Assembly (NCBI GenBank): GCA_040752695.1
Contig: JBFMGO010000145.1
Span: 1-12,115 of the forward strand
DNA length: 12,115 nucleotides
Direction of reading: 5' to 3'
Source: a bacterium
GTDB taxonomy: Bacteria > SZUA-182 > DTGQ01
Part shown: one piece after another, positions 1 through 8,100 of the stretch
Numbering within the stretch: position 1 is the stretch's first letter
How the letters are laid out: every line of letters starts with the position of its first letter
Notes under the pieces: model-generated
Databases searched by the model: none
What the model was told of the DNA's origin: nothing
The model's input: only the letters and a program-made list of their open reading frames with translations
Made by a program: the position numbers and the translations under genes

Positions 1-2
1 CC

Positions 3-120
3 ATAGAATGTCACCGCAGAGTATTACCAAAAGAGCATCACTACAGAGTGTTTCGACAGAGTATTACAACAGAGTGTCATCATGGAGTGTCATCATGGAT
101 TATCACCACAGAGGATCGCC
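3..120 (+). repeat. Degenerate 13-bp tandem array, 9 units (consensus ~ACAGAGTRTCACC), probably continuing beyond the left edge
   Basis: Units: atagaatgtcacc / gcagagtattacc / aaaagagcatcact (14 bp) / acagagtgtttcg / acagagtattaca / acagagtgtcatc / atggagtgtcatc / atggattatcacc / acagaggatcgcc. Bases 1-2 (cc) fit the end of a further unit. Confidence 0.92.
111..115 (+). promoter_or_regulatory. Shine-Dalgarno (GAGGA) for ATG 124
   Basis: GAGGA lies 8 nt before ATG 124, inside the last 13-bp unit. Confidence 0.7.
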
Positions 121-123
121 ATA

Positions 124-3100
124 ATGGGAAAAGCATCGCGCATCACTGCGTTGACCAGCATTGCCATATCATTTTTCTGCGCCTTCAGTGTCAGCAGTGT
201 CAGCCTTTATATAAAAGCTGATCAGGCGCAAGCCCTAACCGGCCAGGGGCTCGATGACAGCCCTTGGCCCTGCCGTGGACATGACAGAAGACATACCGGT
301 CAGAGTCAATACATGGGCATCCAGAGTGCTGAATTGAAATGGAGTTGCCAGACAGGGAATGCTCTTGATTCTTCCCCGGCCATAGGATCGAATGGCAGCA
401 TCTATGTGGGAAGCAATGATGGTAAACTCTATGCGCTGGATCCTGATGATGGCAGCCTAAAGTGGCATTATCAAACGGGGAGAAATATTGATTCCTCCCC
501 GGCTATAGGATCAGATGGCTCTGTCTACGCAGGGAGTAATAATGGCAAGCTCTATGCCTTCAATCACAACGATGGCAGCCTTAAGTGGAGTTATCAGACA
601 AAGGGAATCATTCACTCTTCACCAGCCATAGGGATAGATGGCACTATCTATGTGGGAAGCGATGATTATAATCTCTACGCCATTAACTCCAACGATGGCA
701 GTCTTAAGTGGAGTTATCTGACAAAAGAAAGGATTCGCTCCTCCCCGGCCATAGGATCGGACGGTACTATCTATGCTGTAAGTTATGATGGCAGCATCTA
801 TGCCATAAAACCAGACAAAAGTCTTAAGTGGAAGCGGCCGGACATAGGGGCACACATTGATTCTTCACCAGCCATAGGATCGGATGACACTATCTATGTG
901 GGAAGCGATAGTCAATATCTCTATGCTCTGGCACCCAATGATGGCAGCATCAAATGGAAATTATTAACAAGGGGAAATATTCAGTCCTCCCCGGCCATAG
1001 GATCGGATGGTATCATCTATGTAGGAAGCAATGATGGCAGGCTTTATGCCATCAATCCCGATGGCAGCCTCAGGTGGGATTATCCAACAGGAAATCCCAT
1101 TCACTCCTCTCCAGCCATAGGAGCAGATGGGACCATCTATGTGGGAAGTAGTAATGGCAATCTCTACGCCCTGAATCCTGGAAATGGCAGCCCCAAGTGG
1201 ATCTATCCAACAGGGAAAGCGATTGACTCCTCGCCGGCCATAGGAGCAGACGGCAGCATCTATGTGGGAAACGATGATGGTAAGTTTTATGCCATAGGTG
1301 AGGACCTTACTTCGCCCTCCTGTTCGGTGACTTCTCCGGCAGAGGGCGCCCTGGTCTGCGGCAGCGAAGCTCTGGTGATATCCGGCACTGTTGCGGATAA
1401 CCAGGGAGGCTCTGGCGTAGCCTCGGTAGAACTTTGCTTTGATGATGAATGCCTTACCATCTGGCACGAGGCTCTGCTCGAGGGTCATGGGCCCTCCTTA
1501 AACTGGTCGTATACAGGGAGCAGCTTTTCCGATGGGCCGCATACCATAAGGGTCAGAGCAACAGACCACAGGGGAAATGTACAAAAGCCGCCCACAGTAC
1601 GCACCTGTCAGGTAGATCTATCCGGACCGCGTGCCTTTCATCTCGTCCTGCCTGCCGATAACACCTGGCAGACGAAAAGACCAGCCTTTAGCTGGGAGGC
1701 GACAACGGATGCAACCAGTGCCATGGGCCATTATGAAATCTTCATCTGGCCTGCGGACGAAGGCGGGAATTTTGTGGCCGAAGGGAATGGCTCTATGGCC
1801 GGGAGGAATGGCTCTTGGGCTGTATGCAGCCTCGATGATGTTCCCCCAGGGGATGTTTTTCCTGTAAATACCGGCTTGGCTCCTCAGTATCAGCCAGCAG
1901 TGCCTCTCACTCGTGGGACCTATCGATGGACTGTGCGGGCCTTTGACGAGTGTGGCAATGGTGTCTACGCCGGTCAGGATACGCACGATATTCGTACCCT
2001 TATGGTGGATACTACCCAGCCAGAGCCACCTTCTCTGACCAGCCCGGCTGATGGGAGTGCGATCTGCATTTCCCATCCTGTATTCTGCTGGCAGGAGGCT
2101 GTGGACGCAGACAGTGGAATTGATCACTATGAACTCCACATCGATGGAGACGTAACTGGCGCAGAAGTGCAGGAGATTACTCCTGCCCAGACCGGTCAAA
2201 TCTGCTATCAGGCGGAAGGATCGATGGAGAACGGGCAATTCGCCTGGTATGTCAGAGCGATAGACAGGGCAGGGCAGGGCAGGGACAGCGAGATCCGGCG
2301 GTTTACTGTGGAGTTGGACATCCGGCCTCCGGGAGTAGTCATTACCAGCCCCGGCCAGAACAGTTATCAGGGGCCTTTGGGCTTCAGGCTGCTTGGCTCT
2401 TGCTCGGATGACCCTGCCGGTTGCCCATCAGGCGTCGCTGCCGTGGAAGTCGCCGAAGTCAGCGGGGATGGCATCCAGCAATGGATTCCTGCCCGGCTTT
2501 CTGATGACGGGCAAGCGTGGTGGATCGATTGCCCGGTGAGCACAAATGGCCCCATCACTTTTACGGCGAGGGCAAAAGATCATGCCGGCAATATCAGCCA
2601 CTCGGAAGAGTGTCCTTCCCTGACCGTCATGGGAGATATTACTCCGCCGCAACCATTCGCTCTGCTTTCACCCGCAGAGGGGATCTTTTGCCCGGCCACG
2701 CCGACCTTCCAATGGGAGGCAGCCACCGATACCGGCTCTTTTGTGGCACGATATATCCTGTATTTTGATGACAGCAATACCACTGCTCTTGAAATCTCCC
2801 TCCTTCCCGAAGTCTCCTTTACCCCTGGCGCCTTTTCTACTCCTGGCACCTTTTCTACTCCTGACACCTTTTTTACCCCTGATACCTACTTTACTCCCGA
2901 ATCCTCCCCTGCTCCTGCAATCTCCTTTGTCAGCACTAATGGCAGTGCCACTTCTTCTATCATCTCTTACACCTTGACTGATGAGCAGGCACTGACTCAA
3001 GGGGTGTATACCTGGACTGTTCGGGCTGTCGATGCTGTCGGATTATCCACTCTATCTGCTGCCGGACGGACTGTCAATGTTGATTCCACAGCACCCAGTG

Positions 3101-5100
3101 CACCGGCCCTGATCAGTCCGGCTGATATGGCCTGGAGCAATCGGAGCGAATTCACCTTGAAGTGGTCTTCTGCCCACGATCCATACGGTGAAATCTGCGG
3201 CTACTGGCTGGTTCTTGATCAGGGAGAGCCGGTCTTTATCACCGTCATCCCTGGGTTAGATTACCAGACCGGCTTGAATTACCAGACCGGTGTTCTGGCT
3301 GAAGGGGATCACCCATGGTCCGTGACCGCAACAGATTGCGCTGGCCACCAGGGCCCTTCAAGTACTCTGTGGACCATACGCATCGATCGCACGCCTCCCG
3401 CCGCTCCTGCCCTAACGTGGCCGGAAAACGGGGCGTTTGTTTCAACCAGGAGGCCAACCCTCCGATGGTCGGCTCCCTCCGATGGGCCGGCAGGGAATCC
3501 ATCACGCATTTGTCGCTACCATATCACCATAACCACAGGAGATACCGGAGATACTGCCATGGAAGGAGATACTGCCATGGGTGGATATACTGCTGCGGGA
3601 AGACACAATGCCATGGGAAGCAGTACCTTTGAGACTACCTCTGAGACCGCTTTTGAGACCACCTCGGATGGAACGGAATATACGCCGGCCAGCGATCTGT
3701 CCGAAGGAAGTATCATATCGTGGAGTGTACAAGCACTTGACTGCGCAGAGAATCTCGGCCCTACCAGTGCTGTCAGTACATTCACCATAGACACTGTCCC
3801 GCCCCAGACATTTGCTCTGCCTGCTGAGGGCAGTTATAAGGAGCCCTTCGCGATACTTTTGAGTATGAACGAGGCAGGCACGATTCATTACACCAAGGAT
3901 GGCACGCAACCAACCGCAATCTCCCCGGTATATACAGGGCCGATAGAGGTCCTGTCCGACCAGGAGATTTTCCTGCGGTATGCAGGAATAGACCGGGCGG
4001 GCAATAAGAGCACGATCAAAGCGCTCCACTATATTCTGGATACTACGGCACCGGTACCCGATGTTGCCCCTCTGCCTGGTTTACGGGGTGCATGTGAGAT
4101 CAGGGTGACGACGGCACCAACAGCTACGGACAACATTTCAGGGAAAGTAACAGGCATAACGGATGATCCTTTGATCTATACCATTCCAGGTATCTATACC
4201 GTAACCTGGACCTATGATGATGGGCATGGGAATACCGCCACCCAGAAGCAGATCATAACCATCGCCTCCCCCTGGTCTAAAGAGGCAGGTATGCAGCAGT
4301 ATAGCATGAATATTTCCGGCACTGCCTATGATGGCCTGAGCCCGGCAGCGGCTGGCGACTGGATCGGCGCTTTTGGGCCAGGCGGGATATCAGATTGCAG
4401 GGCTGTGGGCAGGGTTGAGGCGAACGGCTTCTATGATCTGGCTGTCGGCTGCAATCAAGCCGCTGCACATGAAGTCATCACCTTTTCATTAATAAGGTGC
4501 CCTGATGAACAAATCTTGAATTGTATGGAGACTTTACTGCTGGTGCCGGGTGAAACCATACGAGCCAGGGAACTCACCTTTGGCCCCTGTCTGCAAAGCA
4601 TAGATTTCGTGAAGGGATGGAATTGGGTGTCCTTTAATGTCTTCCCTTATGATACCTCTCTTGAGGCCGTGTTCAATGGTCACATGGACTCTGTCAGGCA
4701 AATCAAGGCCCAGGCAAAATCCGCGATCAATGTACCCGGACTTGGATGGATCAGTGATGATTTTAACCTTTTATCCGGTATATCGGAAGGTGTCATGTTT
4801 AAGGTCGAAGCCACAGCAGACTTTACCTTGAGAGTGGTCGGAACCTGCATTTCACCGGATCTGCCAATAGCGGTGCAAAAGGGTTGGACATGGATAGCCT
4901 GCCTGCCTGATTCATGTCTGCCGGTGGGGGAAAGCACGATCTCTGTTTTTGAGGACCTTTGCCAGGTAAAGAGTCGGACCCGATCGAGAATACAATTTCC
5001 CGATGGCAGTTTTATCGGCGATCTTATCCAGATGTGCCCTGGACAGGGGTATACTCTGAAGATGAATGCAAACGGGACTCTGGTTTATGGAAGTCCTTGA
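124..5100 (+). CDS. Large secreted/surface protein (~1658 aa): PQQ-like beta-propeller, Ig/FN3-like repeats, chitobiase/beta-hexosaminidase C-terminal-like (FN3-associated) domain, HYR-like domain and uncharacterised C-terminal domains; putative adhesin
   Basis: Long ORF (track gives 82..5100, but ATG 82 lies in the non-triplet repeat). ATG 124 has an SD and gives a signal peptide MGKASRITALTSIAISFFCAF...AQA. It continues with WPCRGHDRRHTGQS, eight SSPAIGxDGxIYVGS repeats, about seven domains ending VRAxDxxG(N), IHYTKDGTQPTAISPVYTGPI, and PTATDN...GIYTVTWTYDDGHGNTAT. Confidence 0.93.
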   Translation: MGKASRITALTSIAISFFCAFSVSSVSLYIKADQAQALTGQGLDDSPWPCRGHDRRHTGQSQYMGIQSAELKWSCQTGNALDSSPAIGSNGSIYVGSNDGKLYALDPDDGSLKWHYQTGRNIDSSPAIGSDGSVYAGSNNGKLYAFNHNDGSLKWSYQTKGIIHSSPAIGIDGTIYVGSDDYNLYAINSNDGSLKWSYLTKERIRSSPAIGSDGTIYAVSYDGSIYAIKPDKSLKWKRPDIGAHIDSSPAIGSDDTIYVGSDSQYLYALAPNDGSIKWKLLTRGNIQSSPAIGSDGIIYVGSNDGRLYAINPDGSLRWDYPTGNPIHSSPAIGADGTIYVGSSNGNLYALNPGNGSPKWIYPTGKAIDSSPAIGADGSIYVGNDDGKFYAIGEDLTSPSCSVTSPAEGALVCGSEALVISGTVADNQGGSGVASVELCFDDECLTIWHEALLEGHGPSLNWSYTGSSFSDGPHTIRVRATDHRGNVQKPPTVRTCQVDLSGPRAFHLVLPADNTWQTKRPAFSWEATTDATSAMGHYEIFIWPADEGGNFVAEGNGSMAGRNGSWAVCSLDDVPPGDVFPVNTGLAPQYQPAVPLTRGTYRWTVRAFDECGNGVYAGQDTHDIRTLMVDTTQPEPPSLTSPADGSAICISHPVFCWQEAVDADSGIDHYELHIDGDVTGAEVQEITPAQTGQICYQAEGSMENGQFAWYVRAIDRAGQGRDSEIRRFTVELDIRPPGVVITSPGQNSYQGPLGFRLLGSCSDDPAGCPSGVAAVEVAEVSGDGIQQWIPARLSDDGQAWWIDCPVSTNGPITFTARAKDHAGNISHSEECPSLTVMGDITPPQPFALLSPAEGIFCPATPTFQWEAATDTGSFVARYILYFDDSNTTALEISLLPEVSFTPGAFSTPGTFSTPDTFFTPDTYFTPESSPAPAISFVSTNGSATSSIISYTLTDEQALTQGVYTWTVRAVDAVGLSTLSAAGRTVNVDSTAPSAPALISPADMAWSNRSEFTLKWSSAHDPYGEICGYWLVLDQGEPVFITVIPGLDYQTGLNYQTGVLAEGDHPWSVTATDCAGHQGPSSTLWTIRIDRTPPAAPALTWPENGAFVSTRRPTLRWSAPSDGPAGNPSRICRYHITITTGDTGDTAMEGDTAMGGYTAAGRHNAMGSSTFETTSETAFETTSDGTEYTPASDLSEGSIISWSVQALDCAENLGPTSAVSTFTIDTVPPQTFALPAEGSYKEPFAILLSMNEAGTIHYTKDGTQPTAISPVYTGPIEVLSDQEIFLRYAGIDRAGNKSTIKALHYILDTTAPVPDVAPLPGLRGACEIRVTTAPTATDNISGKVTGITDDPLIYTIPGIYTVTWTYDDGHGNTATQKQIITIASPWSKEAGMQQYSMNISGTAYDGLSPAAAGDWIGAFGPGGISDCRAVGRVEANGFYDLAVGCNQAAAHEVITFSLIRCPDEQILNCMETLLLVPGETIRARELTFGPCLQSIDFVKGWNWVSFNVFPYDTSLEAVFNGHMDSVRQIKAQAKSAINVPGLGWISDDFNLLSGISEGVMFKVEATADFTLRVVGTCISPDLPIAVQKGWTWIACLPDSCLPVGESTISVFEDLCQVKSRTRSRIQFPDGSFIGDLIQMCPGQGYTLKMNANGTLVYGSP
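334..1299 (+). repeat. Eight ~120-126-bp coding repeats forming PQQ-like (BamB-type) propeller blades
   Basis: LKWxxxTxxxIxSSPAIGxDGxIYVGSxDGxLYAxxPxDGS x8; also visible in the DNA (tcccc/accaGCCATAGG... recurring). Confidence 0.95.
2812..2901 (+). repeat. In-frame 18-bp tandem repeat x5 (VSFTPG AFSTPG TFSTPD TFFTPD TYFTPE)
   Basis: gtctcctttacccctggc / gccttttctactcctggc / accttttctactcctgac / accttttttacccctgat / acctactttactcccgaa. Confidence 0.92.
3538..3666 (+). repeat. In-frame 18-bp repeat x4 (GDTAME GDTAMG GYTAAG RHNAMG) followed by a 12-bp repeat x3 (FETT SETA FETT)
   Basis: ggagatactgccatggaa / ggagatactgccatgggt / ggatatactgctgcggga / agacacaatgccatggga (3547-3618); tttgagactacc / tctgagaccgct / tttgagaccacc (3628-3663). 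Confidence 0.88.
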
Positions 5101-5176
5101 AAAAAAGGAGTGTATACAAGTATAAAACCGTACTGGTTTTTGGAAGTGTCACGGATATAAGGCTTTTGAGAGAGGG

Positions 5177-8100
5177 GTGGTTATTACGAAAAAACCGGGT
5201 ATGACTCTGCTTTTATCGGGTCTGCTTTTAATCGTTCTATTTACTTCAGCTCTTGGAGGTGCCGGATACACAGCTTCGCCCAACTGGACTCCGCGTGGCG
5301 GATTTGAACATAACATGATTAGATACGGTAATGTATATATTTGTGGATCTAAGATAAACAGATCAGGTTATATACTGGGAGCTTTTGGCCCGGGAGGCGA
5401 GGACGATTGCCGGGCGGTGAACAACATCGGGGAAAACGGCGTAGAAGGGCTCTACTATCTCACGATAGGAGGAAATAGTAACGAGGGGGGTACTGATAAT
5501 GAGGGAGATACTGATAATGAAGGGGGTACTAACCAAGAGGGCATCGATGATGAAGGGAATGCTGACTGGGAAACCATCAGCTTCAAGGTATATGACAGCG
5601 GCAGTGACCTGGTTTATAATCTTTCCCTGAAGGATACGGATAAGGGAGAGGTGATTTTTAATAAGGATAGCGCTGAGGCCCTTGACCTGTATGGATATTT
5701 TACCTACTACCAGGATGCAGATGATGATGGTTATGGCAATGCTTATGTCACCATTGAAGCCTGTACAAAACCCGGTGGATATGCAGCCAATGGCAGTGAT
5801 TGCAATGACAATGATGCATTGATGTTTCCCGGTAATCTTGAGACCTGCGATGGAAAGGATAATGATTGCGATTGGGTCATCCCCTGGGATGAGGTTGCGG
5901 ACGCTGATGGTGACGGCGTGATTACCTGCCGGGATTGTGACGATAATGACGCAGCCAGGTTTTCGGGCAATCCTGAAATCTGTGATGGAAAGGACAATAA
6001 TTGCGATGGCAGTGTAGACGAGGGAGTGCTGAATACGTATTATCGCGATGCTGATGGAGACGGGCAGGGAGATGCTTATAAAACCACTCTGGCCTGCACC
6101 GCACCGGCAGGATATGTTGAAAACGCGAATGATTGCATTGATACCGATTCTCGACTGGTTAAATCAGTAGCTGACTTTAGCGGTTCCTTCACGATCGGCA
6201 GTTCTCCTCTTACTGTTCAATTTACTGATAAATCCATCGGTGCAATCAGCTATCACTGGGATTTTGGAGACGGAAGCACGAGCAGTGAGAAAAATCCAAA
6301 TCATACCTTTCGTGCAGATAGTGTATATGGCAGCCTGGATAGCAGCATGGATAGCGGTGTGAACAGCGCAAAGAGTATAAAGAGTATAAGTAGTGTGAGT
6401 AGTATGCACAGTATGTACAGCAGACTCTATCGTGCATACAAGGTTACGTTGACGATAAATACAGGCTATTGTTCAGCCGAAAAAATTCAAACCATTCGGG
6501 TCATGAGTACCGATACCATGCATGGAAAGGTGCTCGACCGGCAAAAAGATGAGCCTGTTCATCATGCGCAGGTTTTTGTTATTGGTTATCCAGGGTATAA
6601 GGCAGCGGTTACTGACAGGGAAGGAGGGTATTCTTTCCCGAACATGCTCTTTGGAGGTTATACCCTGCGTGTTTCTGCCGCCGGCTATGAAACCCTGTTT
6701 GCAGGCATTGAAAACCGTCCGGGGGGAGAAGCAATTCCTGATATTTACCTCAATTCCAAAGCGGGCCGGATCTTTGGAAGAGTCTTGCACGAAGATGCCA
6801 ACCAGCCAAAGGAGGGGGATGATGATGGAGCAGGCCCTCTCAAGCTGATTCCAGGGGCCGGGGCTACAGTCATTGCCCTTACACAAACAGACGGCATCTA
6901 CTCCAGAGATGCCCAAACCGATCCCAACGGCCGCTATATCATTTATATTTCACGGCCTGGCAATTACACGATCCTTGCTTCTAAAACCGGCTTTATTCCC
7001 GAACAGGATTCAAACCACAACAGCGGATACACTTTTATTAATCAGGACACTTCTATCGAGGCTTCTGATATCATCTTGAGGTCTAAACCAAAAGGGCCGG
7101 AAATCCGGATTTCTTCTTTTGAGTGGAACGCAGCTCCTGATCCCAACGCAGTGGATAATCACACCGCGATTATGGTTTTCCGGCAAAGCGAAGATCCTGT
7201 TATCGATATCAGTATGGCCAGCAAAGACAGTTCATGTGTCGGTATCTTTAATGAAGAAAAAAATCCCGCTCCCATAGCGGTTGACGGCCTGACCTGCTAT
7301 CCGGTCTACAGGGCCGAATACTCCGGATACAGCGGATCGGATATTCATAAGGTGAGAATAGAGATCCTGGTTGAAGATCAGACAGGGATTTCTGCTATAC
7401 CGTATACTTTCACCGTTGATCCCACTACGGTCAGGGGAACTGTTCAGACCGCAGTAACAGGAAGAACAACAGAAATTATCATCCCTGCCGAGGGTGGTAA
7501 AACCTGGAATGTGGGTTTGGTAGACATCGACGGGGATGGACAATGCGACGGTTATGATAACAGTTTCATTGAGATTCCAGCCAGCGCGATCGTGGGCGCC
7601 ATGCCTTTTGAGGAAGACCCCGATTTTGCCGTAAGGAGCCTTATTGTCCGTATAGACCGTCTGGACCGTTTAGATCATCTGGCAGGGTACATGGCCAACA
7701 GTGTATCTCTTTCTGCCAACCAGGGTTACTACAACGCCGTTACTGCCGAGTACAGCGTCAACCTTATGGATCGGGATGGAAACACGGTTTCCGGTTTCCA
7801 GGTAGACCCGGAACACCCGATAACCATGTACCTACACTTTGATCCCGATACCGTCGATGGTAATCTGGCTCATTTGGTTATTAAATATCTGGGCAGCGAT
7901 GGGACGTGGAAGACAGATGGAATCAGTAATGTGCGAATTGATGAGTATCATCGTGCTATTGCCTTTGATGTGATTCGTTTGACCCGTTTTGCTGCATTTA
8001 TCGAAAGCGCAGCTCCTGCCAATTTGACTGCCCGTGCGCTCACTCCCAGCCAGATCAAGCTGAATTGGGAAGATCGCTCTTTGAATGAATATCGGTTTGA

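Noticed and set aside
3..120. CRISPR array
   Set aside because: Units are contiguous 13-mers with no unique spacers, and no cas genes are present. The same applies to 8787-8935.
82..123. ORF-track start at ATG 82 (MECHHGLSPQRIAI)
   Set aside because: It lies inside the 13-bp non-triplet array. ATG 124 has an SD at good spacing and gives a normal signal peptide.
334..1299. PQQ-dependent dehydrogenase or true bamB
   Set aside because: Blades are minimal and near-identical with no catalytic insertions. There is no lipobox or bam gene context, and the propeller is fused to a long stalk.
334..1299. Diversity-generating retroelement target/template pair
   Set aside because: No reverse transcriptase is present in the window, and I saw no near-identical repeat pair differing only at adenines.
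5104..5110. SD-like AAAGGAG just after the gene 1 stop
   Set aside because: No start codon at usable spacing and no ORF follows.
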